From: Alistipes sp.
GTDB lineage: Bacteria; Bacteroidota; Bacteroidia; Bacteroidales; Rikenellaceae
DNA length: 64,000 bases
Assembly: GCA_017631255.1 (NCBI GenBank)
Contig: JAGBTP010000022.1
Span: 1,264-65,263, forward strand
Reading direction: 5' to 3'
Both the position numbers and the translations under genes were made by a program. The notes below the pieces were generated by a model. That model was not told the origin of the DNA and did no database searches. It saw nothing but the letters and a program-made list of their open reading frames with translations. Below are positions 29,010 to 37,848 of this stretch, piece after piece; the stretch's first letter is position 1; the number at the start of each line of letters is the position of its first letter.

Positions 29010-30290
29010 TCACCCGTCATACTTGCTGCCCCACAATGCGTGAATACGCTCCGCAATCTTTGCCTCCTGTGCATTCTGCGTGTTGGGCGTGTAGAAGCGG
29101 TGGCCGCTAAGACCCTCGGGCAGGAACTCCTGAACCACGAAGCCACCATTGTAGTCGTGTGCATACTTGTAGTTAGCGCCATAACCCATATCGCTCATCA
29201 GGCGTGTGGGGGCGTTGCGCAGGTGTAGCGGCACAGGACGGTTGGTGGTATCGTGCTCGACGAAGCGCAGCGCAGCGTTGATGGCGTTGTAAGCCGTATT
29301 GCTCTTGGGACTTGTGGCGAGGTATATCGTCGTTTCGGCCAGCGTGATGCGTGCCTCGGGCATACCAATCTTATGCACCGTATCGAAGCAGGCGTTAGCC
29401 AGAAGTAGGGCGTTGGGGTTGGCAAGACCTATATCCTCCGATGCGAGAATCACCAGACGGCGTGCGATGAAGCGAGGCTCCTCGCCACCAGCGAGCATAC
29501 GCGCAAGGTAGTAGATGGCGGCATTGGGGTCGCTGCCTCGTACCGACTTGATGAATGCCGAGATGACATCGTAGTGCTGCTCGCCCGACTTGTCGTATAG
29601 GGCGATGTTCTGCTGCAAGGCCTCTGTGACCCTCTCGTCGTCGATGATGATGTTGCCCTCGGTGGCGCCGATGATGATGTCGAGAATGTTGAGCAGCTTG
29701 CGTGCATCGCCGCCCGAAAAGCGGAATAAGGCCTCGGTCTGGCGAACATCGACATTGCGACTCTTAAGCTCCTCGTCGCTATTGATAGCCCTGTCGAGGA
29801 GTGTCGAGAGCTCCGCATCGTCCATAGGCTTAAGTACATAGACTTGACAACGGCTCAGGAGGGGCGATATCACCTCGAACGAAGGGTTCTCCGTGGTCGC
29901 ACCGATAAGCGTGATTACGCCCTGCTCCACAGCGCCGAGTAGAGAGTCCTGCTGCGACTTGTTGAAGCGGTGAATCTCGTCGATAAAGAGGAATGCTGGG
30001 CGGGTGTTGAAGAGGTGTTGCTTCTGCGCCTTCTCGATGACCTCCCTCACCTCCTTGACGCCAGATGTCACGGCCGACAGGGTGTAGAAGGGGCGGTCGA
30101 GTGCCGATGCCACAATCTTGGCAAGCGTGGTCTTACCCACACCTGGAGGGCCCCACAATATGAACGAGGGCACGCTTCCCGAGGCTATGAAGCGGCGGAA
30201 GACGCCATTCTCGCCCACGAGGTGCCTCTGACCGATGTAGTCCTCGAGGCTCTGGGGACGCAGACGCTCGGCTAATGGTTGGTGTGCCAT
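29010..30290 (-). CDS. rarA: Replication-associated recombination protein A (MgsA/RarA)
   Basis: PLAERLRP, GPPGVGKTT, DEIHRFNK, FIKSVRGSD, VPLHLRNAPT. Confidence 0.95.
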   Translation of the reverse strand: MAHQPLAERLRPQSLEDYIGQRHLVGENGVFRRFIASGSVPSFILWGPPGVGKTTLAKIVASALDRPFYTLSAVTSGVKEVREVIEKAQKQHLFNTRPAFLFIDEIHRFNKSQQDSLLGAVEQGVITLIGATTENPSFEVISPLLSRCQVYVLKPMDDAELSTLLDRAINSDEELKSRNVDVRQTEALFRFSGGDARKLLNILDIIIGATEGNIIIDDERVTEALQQNIALYDKSGEQHYDVISAFIKSVRGSDPNAAIYYLARMLAGGEEPRFIARRLVILASEDIGLANPNALLLANACFDTVHKIGMPEARITLAETTIYLATSPKSNTAYNAINAALRFVEHDTTNRPVPLHLRNAPTRLMSDMGYGANYKYAHDYNGGFVVQEFLPEGLSGHRFYTPNTQNAQEAKIAERIHALWGSKYDG

Positions 30291-30308
30291 AGTGTTGTCT
30301 CGCCGTTA

Positions 30309-31604
30309 CTAATGCTTTACATCAACGACCTTGTTTGGGTCGTGCTTGTAGCGGAAGAGCACCCAGAAGAGCAACGCCACCACAAGGGCATAGCCCGCAA
30401 AGGTGAGCCAAGTGTGGCTCCAGCCCGCCGCCACCTCGATGCCGTTTGTCACCACGCCCTCAGCATTGGTGAGGGTGGCTGGCACAAGTCGATTAACCAC
30501 CGCCTGCGCACCGAGCGTGCCGACAGTAGCACCGATACCGTTGGTCATAATCATAAAGAGACCCTGTGCCGATGAGCGCATCTCTCCACTTGTATTCTCG
30601 TTGACATACAACGAGCCCGAAATATTAAAGAAGTCGAACGCAACGCCGTAGACTACCATCGAGAGGATGAACATCCAGAGACCTGAGCCAGGGTTGCCAA
30701 GGCCAAAGAGACCGAAGCGCAGCACCCACGCGAACATAGCTATGAGCATAACGCTCTTGATGCCGTAGCGCTTAAGGCAGAATGGTATGAGTAGGATACA
30801 TAATGTCTCCGATACCTGCGAGAGCGAGATAAGGGCATTGGCGTGGTTGGCACCGAAGGTGTCGGCAAACTCAGGTATGCCCTTGAACGAGGTGATGAAG
30901 CCGTTGGCAAAGCCGTTGGTAATCTGCAACGACACGCCCAGCAGCATCGAGAAGATGAAGAACAGAGCCATCTGCTTGCTCTTGAAGAGTTTGAAGGCGT
31001 CGAGACCGAGGCGCTGCGCAAAGCTCTTCTCGCCCTGCACCTTGCTCACAGGACAGTTAGGCAGCACCTGTGCATAGAGGGCGAGGATAACGCCCAAGGT
31101 TGCGCACTGGTAGAACTGCATATAGTTCGACTGGAAGCCCGCAAAGTCGCACACAAGCATCGCCACGATGAAGCCCACAGTACCAAAGACACGAATTGGC
31201 GGGAAGGCCTTGACGGTGTCGTAGCCACCCTGCTCGAGTGAGGTGTAGGCCACCGAGTTTGAGAGTGCGAGGGTAGGCATATAGAAGGCCACGCTGATTG
31301 AGTAAAGCGTGAACATAGGCCATAGCATACCACCCTGACCGCAGAAGCCAGCGCCGGCAATGAAGAGCGCAGCGATGCCGTGACACAGTCCGAGGAGCCT
31401 CTGCGCAGGAATCCACTTATCGGCGATGATACCCATAATCGCGGGCATAAATATCGATACGACGCCCTGCATAGCGTAGAACCAACCGATAAGGTCGCCA
31501 TAGCCCTCCGTGAAGAGATAGCCACCCATAGATGTTAGATAGGAACCCCACACTGCAAATTGCAGGAAGTTCATCACAATGAGTCTTGTCTTTATATTGC
31601 TCAT
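30309..31604 (-). CDS. nupG: Nucleoside:H+ symporter (NupG-like MFS)
   Basis: FLQFAVWGS, IADKW, FPPIRVFGTVGFI, AFDFFNISG, SAQGLF. Confidence 0.85.
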   Translation of the reverse strand: MSNIKTRLIVMNFLQFAVWGSYLTSMGGYLFTEGYGDLIGWFYAMQGVVSIFMPAIMGIIADKWIPAQRLLGLCHGIAALFIAGAGFCGQGGMLWPMFTLYSISVAFYMPTLALSNSVAYTSLEQGGYDTVKAFPPIRVFGTVGFIVAMLVCDFAGFQSNYMQFYQCATLGVILALYAQVLPNCPVSKVQGEKSFAQRLGLDAFKLFKSKQMALFFIFSMLLGVSLQITNGFANGFITSFKGIPEFADTFGANHANALISLSQVSETLCILLIPFCLKRYGIKSVMLIAMFAWVLRFGLFGLGNPGSGLWMFILSMVVYGVAFDFFNISGSLYVNENTSGEMRSSAQGLFMIMTNGIGATVGTLGAQAVVNRLVPATLTNAEGVVTNGIEVAAGWSHTWLTFAGYALVVALLFWVLFRYKHDPNKVVDVKH

Positions 31605-31653
31605 AATCAGTGAGTTTTGTAAAATCGTTAAAAGTGCGATGCAAAAATCTTAA

Positions 31654-31713
31654 CAAAGATATGAAAATTTTTCGCATTTTTCTTTGTAAATCAAAAATAA
31701 TGTTCTACTTTTG
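31654..31713. promoter_or_regulatory. Divergent sigma-A promoters (nupG / tRNA)
   Basis: TATCTTTG on minus (31654-31661); TTTG at 31683 plus TACTTTTG at 31706-31713 on plus. Confidence 0.7.
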
Positions 31714-31732
31714 CAGCGTCAAAAACAAATAT

Positions 31733-31803
31733 TGGGCTATGGTGTAATGGTAACACTACAGATTCTGGTCCTGTCATTCTTGGTTCGAATCCAGGTCGCC
31801 CAA
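31733..31803 (+). tRNA. tRNA-Gln (CTG); CCA not encoded
   Basis: TGGGCTA acceptor strand, D arm GTGTAATGGTAACAC, anticodon loop TTCTGGT, T loop GTTCGAATC. Confidence 0.93.
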
Positions 31804-31805
31804 AT

Positions 31806-31837
31806 AAAACGACTCTCATCCGAGGGTCGTTTTTTTT
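31806..31837 (+). terminator. Intrinsic terminator of the tRNA gene
   Basis: ACGACTCTC-atcc-GAGGGTCGT followed by a T-run. Confidence 0.85.
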
Positions 31838-31960
31838 GCATTGCCACCTTTTTGTTTTATGTCCGATGTATCAGTATGTAGTCTTTTGTTGCTCGTTGTT
31901 GCAGTAGGGTAGTTCCACTACATTTGTCGCGTTGTGTTTGGGTCGCTGATACAAGTATCG

Positions 31961-32062
31961 GCCCAAGCACGCCCCGCCACGAGCAAACTCACCCCGCCAC
32001 GAGCAAGCACGCCCCGCCACGAGCAAGCACGCCCCGCCACGAGCAAGTTCGCCTCCTGCCAC
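31961..32062. repeat. 20-bp tandem repeat, about 5 copies
   Basis: GAGCAAGCACGCCCCGCCAC units at 31961, 31981, 32001, 32021, 32041. Confidence 0.9.
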
Positions 32063-32111
32063 AACGCCCGCCCTTGTCATATTTGACCCTCTTCCCATAC
32101 ACTTGGTATAG

Positions 32112-32143
32112 AAAAAAAGGAGCTGTCCGATTGGACAGCCCCT
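32112..32143 (-). terminator. Terminator after infC (shared-stem family)
   Basis: GGAGCTGTCC-gatt-GGACAGCCCC with T7 tail on minus strand. Confidence 0.85.
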
Positions 32144-32177
32144 CATAATGTTGCCACGAGGTGGCGCGTAGAGTGGT

Positions 32178-32810
32178 CTACTTCTTTGACTTTGGTGCAA
32201 GAATCATATTCATCTTCTTGCCATCAAGCTTAGGCATCATCTCCACGCGTGCGATCTCCTCGAGGTCGTTAGCGAAACGCAACAAGAGGATCTCACCCTG
32301 CTCCTTGAAGACGATAGAGCGGCCACGGAAGAAGACATAAGCCTTAACCTTAGCACCCTCCTTGATGAAGTTCTCAGCGTGCTTGAGCTTGAAGTTGTAG
32401 TCGTGGTCGTCGGTCTGTGGGCCGAAACGAATCTCCTTGACTACGACCTTCACCTGCTTGGCCTTGATCTCCTTAGCCTTCTTCTTCTGCTGGTAGAGGA
32501 ACTTCTGGTAGTCGGCAATACGACACACCGGTGGCTCTGCCTTTGGTGAGATCTCGATAAGGTCGAGCTCCATCTCATCGGCTAAGCGCAACGCCTCCTT
32601 GATAGGGAGTACGAGGTTGGGCTCAACATTCTCGCCTACAACACGCACGGTTGGTGCTGTAATCTCGTCGTTGATGCGGTTAGGGTTCTCCTGCTGTGGG
32701 CGGCGGCCACGCTGATCGCGCTGCTGACCTCCCTGCTGTTGCTGCTGGTTACCCTGCTGGTTATTCCCCTGCGCCTGTGGGCGTGGGCGGAATGGATACT
32801 GTCCTGCCAA
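32178..32810 (-). CDS. infC: Translation initiation factor IF-3, TTG start, Q/N-rich N-terminal extension
   Basis: [35 protein letters not shown]. Confidence 0.96.
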   Translation of the reverse strand: MAGQYPFRPRPQAQGNNQQGNQQQQQGGQQRDQRGRRPQQENPNRINDEITAPTVRVVGENVEPNLVLPIKEALRLADEMELDLIEISPKAEPPVCRIADYQKFLYQQKKKAKEIKAKQVKVVVKEIRFGPQTDDHDYNFKLKHAENFIKEGAKVKAYVFFRGRSIVFKEQGEILLLRFANDLEEIARVEMMPKLDGKKMNMILAPKSKK

Positions 32811-32854
32811 ATTAGTTAATTGTTAGTTAGACTTAATATATTCTCGTTGAATTA

Positions 32855-34795
32855 TTAGCGGTTAGCCTCGATCTCGGTAGCCACGAGGTTCTTCATAAAG
32901 TTGATGAACTCCTCGATGGTCATCTGACCCTTGTCGCCCTCGCCCTGTGCGCGTACCGATACCTTCTTCTCCTCGGCCTCCTTCTCGCCTACGATGAGCA
33001 AGTATGGGATACGCTTGAGCTCGTTGTCACGAATCTTACGGCCGATCTTCTCGTTACGGTCGTCGATCTGTGTGCGCACATCGCTAAGGTTAAGCTGCTT
33101 AGCCACCTCCTCAGCGTAGTCGTTGTACTTCTCCGAGATTGGGAGTACCACAACCTGATCAGGTGTGAGCCACAATGGGAACTTACCGCCGGTGTGCTCC
33201 AACAATACAGCCACGAAGCGCTCCATAGAGCCAAATGGCGCACGGTGAATCATAATTGGGCGGTGGAGCTTGTCGTCCGAACCCTTGTAGGTGAGGTCGA
33301 AGCGCTCTGGGAGGTTGTAGTCCACCTGAATAGTACCGAGCTGCCAGCTACGGCCGATAGCGTCCTTAACCATAAAGTCGAGCTTAGGACCATAGAACGC
33401 AGCCTCGCCGTACTCGACGATGGTGTCGAGACCCTTGTTCTTCGCAGCCTCGATGATAGCGCTCTCAGCCTTCTCCCAATTCTCATCCGAGCCGATGTAC
33501 TTCTCGGTGTTGTTAGGGTCACGAAGCGATACCTGGGCGGTGAACTTATCGAACTTAAGCGTACGGAAGATGTAGAGCACGATGTCGATAACCTTCTCGA
33601 ACTCCTCCAAAAGCTGGTCTGGGCGCACGAAGAGGTGGGCGTCATCCTGGGTGAACGAGCGCACACGGGTAAGACCGTGCAACTCGCCCGACTGCTCGTA
33701 GCGATATACGGTACCGAACTCTGCCAAGCGTACAGGGAGATCCTTGTATGAGCGAGGCTTCGAGCGGTAGATCTCGCAGTGGTGAGGGCAGTTCATAGGC
33801 TTAAGCAAGTACTGCTCGCCCTCGATAGGGGTATTGATAGGCTGGAACGAGTCCTTACCGTACTTCGCGAAGTGACCTGAGGTCTTGTAGAGCTCGATGT
33901 TACCGATATGTGGGGTGATAACCTGCTGGTAGCCGCCCTCCTTCTGAATCTGACGGAGGAAGCGCTCAAGGCGGTCGCGAAGCTCTGCGCCCTTAGGGAG
34001 CCACAAAGGAAGACCCTGGCCTACGCGCTGCGAGAAGGTGAAGAGCTCGAGCTCCTTACCGAGCTTACGGTGGTCACGCTTCTTAGCCTCCTCGAGGAGT
34101 GCGAGGTGCTCGTCGAGCATCGACTTCTTAGGGAACGATACGCCGTAGATACGGGTGAGCATCTTGTTCTTCTCGTTACCACGCCAGTAGGCACCTGCAA
34201 CTGAGGTGAGTTTAATAGCCTTGATGTAGCCCGTATTAGGGATATGTGGACCGCGACAAAGGTCGGTGAATGCGCCGTTGGTGTAGAACGAAATTGTGCC
34301 ATCCTCAAGATCGGTGATGAGCTCCACCTTGTACTGGTCGCCCTTCTCGGTGAAGGTCTTGAGTGCGTCGGCCTTCGATACCTCGGTGCGCACGAGCTGC
34401 TCCTTGTTGCGTGAAAGCTCGATCATCTTCTGCTCAATCGTTACGAGGTCAGCCTCGGTGATAGCCACAGGTGAGTCAACATCGTAGTAAAAGCCGTTCT
34501 CGATAGCTGGACCGATACCGAACTTAATACCTGGATAGAGTGCCTCGAGTGCCTCGGCGAGGAGGTGCGATGAGGTGTGCCAGAAGGCGTGCTTACCCTC
34601 TGCGTCGTCCCACTTAAAGAATTTGATTGTACAGTCACAATCGATGGCGCGAGTCATATCGACAGTTGCGCCGTTTACCTCGGCTGCGAGTGAGTCAGCA
34701 GCGAGACGAGGGCTGATGCTCTCTGCTACCTGAAAGGCAGTAGTCCCTTTGGCGAACTCTCTTACTGAGCCATCGGGAAAGGTTACTTTAACCAT
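32855..34795 (-). CDS. thrS: Threonine--tRNA ligase
   Basis: TGS domain, [35 protein letters not shown]. Confidence 0.98.
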   Translation of the reverse strand: MVKVTFPDGSVREFAKGTTAFQVAESISPRLAADSLAAEVNGATVDMTRAIDCDCTIKFFKWDDAEGKHAFWHTSSHLLAEALEALYPGIKFGIGPAIENGFYYDVDSPVAITEADLVTIEQKMIELSRNKEQLVRTEVSKADALKTFTEKGDQYKVELITDLEDGTISFYTNGAFTDLCRGPHIPNTGYIKAIKLTSVAGAYWRGNEKNKMLTRIYGVSFPKKSMLDEHLALLEEAKKRDHRKLGKELELFTFSQRVGQGLPLWLPKGAELRDRLERFLRQIQKEGGYQQVITPHIGNIELYKTSGHFAKYGKDSFQPINTPIEGEQYLLKPMNCPHHCEIYRSKPRSYKDLPVRLAEFGTVYRYEQSGELHGLTRVRSFTQDDAHLFVRPDQLLEEFEKVIDIVLYIFRTLKFDKFTAQVSLRDPNNTEKYIGSDENWEKAESAIIEAAKNKGLDTIVEYGEAAFYGPKLDFMVKDAIGRSWQLGTIQVDYNLPERFDLTYKGSDDKLHRPIMIHRAPFGSMERFVAVLLEHTGGKFPLWLTPDQVVVLPISEKYNDYAEEVAKQLNLSDVRTQIDDRNEKIGRKIRDNELKRIPYLLIVGEKEAEEKKVSVRAQGEGDKGQMTIEEFINFMKNLVATEIEANR

Positions 34796-34899
34796 GATAA
34801 TAATTGTTTTCATTGTTTATGTTTCGAGTGCCTTCGTAGCTCCACAATAACGAGACGGATTACTACTCAGCTGCACTCCTTGTTTAGTTTGTTGTCGAA

Positions 34900-35070
34900 T
34901 TAGTGCCTAAAGATGTAGATAAGGGCTATAATGCCGAGGATGCAGTTTCCTGCCCACATCGACCACTCGAGGTCGCTGCCTGGCATCCAGCCGTGGTAGC
35001 AGTTCACTGTGGCTATGCCCAGCAATACCAACGCTACGATTATACCTATCATTCTCTTTAACTTGCTCAT
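34900..35070 (-). CDS. Small 2-TM membrane protein (56 aa; absent from ORF track)
   Basis: Manual translation MSKLKRMIGIIVALVLLGIATVNCYHGWMPGSDLEWSMWAGNCILGIIALIYIFRH; AT-rich upstream region; resembles the neighbouring ORF. Confidence 0.7.
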   Translation of the reverse strand: MSKLKRMIGIIVALVLLGIATVNCYHGWMPGSDLEWSMWAGNCILGIIALIYIFRH

Positions 35071-35169
35071 ATCGAGTTGGTGTTAGTTGTTTTTTCTTCT
35101 TTGCGCCCGTGTTGCAATGGGGCATTTTTCTGGGGGCTTACGAGGTGCTTGCTCTCAGGGGGAGTCCTC

Positions 35170-35391
35170 CTATGCCTCGTCGTTGCTCTCCTCTTCGGGG
35201 CGGCTGATTTTCGAGGCTAATACCGCAATGCGCATTATCGAGCGTACGGCTATCATCGCCACCGCTGCAAACATCACCCAGTCCATCGCCTCCTCAGGCA
35301 TCCAGGCGTGCATAAAGTAGAACGCCGCAAGTCCGAGTACCACTGCCGACATCACCACGCCGGCCCAATCTCTTGTTCTCTGCTTATCCAT
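35170..35391 (-). CDS. Small 2-TM membrane protein
   Basis: MDKQRTRDWAGVVMSAVVLGLAAFYFMHAWMPEEAMDWVMFAAVAMIAV...; 18 nt downstream of pdxA. Confidence 0.7.
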   Translation of the reverse strand: MDKQRTRDWAGVVMSAVVLGLAAFYFMHAWMPEEAMDWVMFAAVAMIAVRSIMRIAVLASKISRPEEESNDEA

Positions 35392-35409
35392 AGCCAACCG
35401 TGTTATGCG

Positions 35410-36513
35410 TTAGTCGTGGTGCTCCGTCTCTGGGAGGTCCTTAATCGAGATATCGCGACCCTTCTCGCGCTCGAAGTGCTCAAGTGGGTTTGCGTTCCAC
35501 TTAGCCCACTCTCTACGGCGGCGCACGATGTCGATAGCCTCATAAATAGCGTTGCGCATCGACTGCTCGTCGGCGATACCCTTGCCCGCAATGTCGTACG
35601 CTACGCCGTGGTCGGGCGATGTGCGCACCTCCGATAGCGAGGCGGTGAAGTTAACGCCGTCGGGCGAGAGGCTCTTGAATGGCGTGAGACCCTGGTCGTG
35701 GTACATAGCAAGTATCGCATCGTAGTTCTTGAACTGTCCCGATGCGAAGAAGCCGTCTGCCGCAAATGGTCCGAAGGCGAGAATATCGCGCTCGTACGAC
35801 TCGACGATCGCTGGGCGGATGATGGCCTCATCCTCGCTGCCCAGCAGGCCACCGTCACCTGCGTGAGGGTTGAGGGCCAGGACGGCGATGCGAGGGCGCA
35901 CGATGCCAAAGTCGGCACTCATAGAGTCGTTAATCTGCGCTATGCGCTCGCAGATGAGATTTTTTGAGAGCATCTCCGATACCTTAGCCACAGGGATGTG
36001 AATAGTCACAAGGCCCACGCGCATAATCTCCGATGTCATAATCATCAGCGGCTCGCCCTCGAGGTTGGCTGCCAAAAGCTCGGTGTGGCCCGTAAAGCGG
36101 AACTCGTCGCTCTGAATCATCTCCTTGTCGATAGGCGCTGTCACCAGTGCGTCGAGGTTCTGCGACTTGAGGTCTGCCACGGCGCGACGCAACGCTGCCG
36201 CTGCGGCCTCACCACCCGCCTTGGATGGCTTGCCAGGTGTTATGGATAGCTCCTTGTCGCCGCACTCTATAAGGTTCACCTTGCCGCTCTGCGCCTTGTT
36301 TGGCGAGTCGATGATGTTGAACTTTATGCGCTCGTACTCCTTGTCGCGCTCCTTGAGCATACGCTCGTAGAAGGCTGCTGCTGCGCTCGAGCCGTAGATT
36401 ACGGGAGTGAAGAGTTCGGTGATGCGGTTATCGGCCAATATTTTGAGTATGATCTCCCAGCCGATGCCGTTGGTATCGCCCTGCGAGATTCCTATTTTTA
36501 GTCTGTTGCTCAT
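35410..36513 (-). CDS. pdxA: 4-hydroxythreonine-4-phosphate dehydrogenase PdxA
   Basis: GDTNGIG, VTAPIDK, GHTE, LNPHAGDGG, MYHDQGL, RTSPDHG. Confidence 0.95.
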   Translation of the reverse strand: MSNRLKIGISQGDTNGIGWEIILKILADNRITELFTPVIYGSSAAAAFYERMLKERDKEYERIKFNIIDSPNKAQSGKVNLIECGDKELSITPGKPSKAGGEAAAAALRRAVADLKSQNLDALVTAPIDKEMIQSDEFRFTGHTELLAANLEGEPLMIMTSEIMRVGLVTIHIPVAKVSEMLSKNLICERIAQINDSMSADFGIVRPRIAVLALNPHAGDGGLLGSEDEAIIRPAIVESYERDILAFGPFAADGFFASGQFKNYDAILAMYHDQGLTPFKSLSPDGVNFTASLSEVRTSPDHGVAYDIAGKGIADEQSMRNAIYEAIDIVRRRREWAKWNANPLEHFEREKGRDISIKDLPETEHHD

Positions 36514-36838
36514 AGTTTGTGCTGTTTCAACCTACAAATATACAAAAACTTATGTAATCTCCAATAATCGTTCCCTAAAAAATAGGTGTGCGCCCCTCGC
36601 TTCTTGGTCGCAAGGTCGCAAAAAGTGTCCCCTGCGGAGGGGTTGATAAGCAAGAGTTTAGCCTTCGATGGATGACCAATAGTGGAGAAATAGGACAAAA
36701 ATTATTGTGTTTAATTATTGCGGATTTAGAGCTAATTACTATATTTGTCACCGATAATTGGTGTGTACTAATGGAGAAATAGAACAAATTTGTAACTATT
36801 GCATATCGCTTGTGCGAATGTAGAAAAAGAGAGTGCTT

Positions 36839-37783
36839 ATGTTTATAAATGCAACGGGATTCTATGTCCCCGAAGAGAGGGTAGACAACGCCTTCTTCCT
36901 CGATAAGAATGGCAAGACAGACGAGTGGATTCGTCAGCGTACGGGCATCGTGACAAGGTGCAAGGCTGGTGATGATGAGAATGTGAATACAATGACCCTG
37001 CGCGCCGTTGAGGATGCCCTCACAAGGCTGCCATATGATATCGGCGAGGTGGACCTTATCGTGGCGGCATCGTACTCGCCTCACGACACCGTAGCGACGC
37101 CAGCACACACGGTGCAGAATCGCTATAACATCAAGGGTGCCAAGGCTATATATGTATCATCGGCCTGCTCGTCGTTCATCAACGCGTTGGAGATTGTCGA
37201 GTGCTATTTCAAGAGCGGTAAAGCCACCAAGGCGCTGGTCGTGGGTGGCGATAAGAATACGGCGTACTACAACCCCGAGGACCCCAAGAGTGGCCACCTT
37301 TGGGGCGATGCTGCCGCCTGCTTCTTCCTGTCTAAGGAGCGCGTTGCGGAGGGCGATGCCCGCATTGTGGAGATTAACACCGAGGCGCTGGGCTATATGC
37401 CTGGCTGCACCGAGGCTATCAATATGCGCCCTACGGCTGGCGGTATCTCGATGACCAACGGCAAGGATGTCTTCATCAAGGCGTGCCAGTCGATGCCCCG
37501 CAATGTGCGTGCGCTGCTCGAGAATAATGGCTACACGCTCGAGGATATGACCTACCTCGTAGCGCATCAGGCCAACCTGCGCATCCTCAATAATGTTGCC
37601 TCCGACCTTAAGCTGCGCCCTGAGCAGGTGCTCCAGAATATCGTCGAGCTTGGCAATACGGGCTCTGCCTCGTCAGCCCTCGTCTTTGCTCAGAATCACC
37701 ACCTTATGAAGCGAGGCGATGTTATAGTTATGACTGTATTTGGCGGAGGATATTCAACAGGAGGCTGTCTAATCCTCTTTTAA
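36839..37783 (+). CDS. Beta-ketoacyl-ACP synthase III family (FabH-like)
   Basis: WIRQRTGI; catalytic Cys (SACSSF), HQAN, GNT; FGGG. Confidence 0.9.
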   Translation: MFINATGFYVPEERVDNAFFLDKNGKTDEWIRQRTGIVTRCKAGDDENVNTMTLRAVEDALTRLPYDIGEVDLIVAASYSPHDTVATPAHTVQNRYNIKGAKAIYVSSACSSFINALEIVECYFKSGKATKALVVGGDKNTAYYNPEDPKSGHLWGDAAACFFLSKERVAEGDARIVEINTEALGYMPGCTEAINMRPTAGGISMTNGKDVFIKACQSMPRNVRALLENNGYTLEDMTYLVAHQANLRILNNVASDLKLRPEQVLQNIVELGNTGSASSALVFAQNHHLMKRGDVIVMTVFGGGYSTGGCLILF

Positions 37784-37814
37784 GAAGCTGTCTAACAAGG
37801 CTACATAATTAAAT

Positions 37815-37845
37815 AACAGAGGCTGCCCTATGGACAGCCTCTGTT
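37815..37845. terminator. Hairpin between convergent genes (shared-stem family)
   Basis: AACAGAGGCTGCCC-tat-GGACAGCCTCTGTT. Confidence 0.8.
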
Positions 37846-37848
37846 GTA

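Noticed and set aside
31961-32062. CRISPR array (also considered for the 15344, 25509 and 45390 repeats)
   Set aside because: Units are contiguous with no unique spacers, and there are no cas genes
31803-32177. Integrated element at the tRNA-Gln 3' end
   Set aside because: No integrase, no duplicated tRNA 3' end seen, and core genes on both sides
34907-35125. 72-aa ORF from the track upstream of thrS
   Set aside because: The overlapping alternative frame 34900..35070 gives a coherent membrane protein similar to its neighbour
36543-36830. Possible ncRNA or riboswitch between pdxA and the fabH-like gene (GGTCGCAA x2, CCCCT/AGGGG hairpin)
   Set aside because: No recognisable riboswitch consensus; short motifs are compatible with chance
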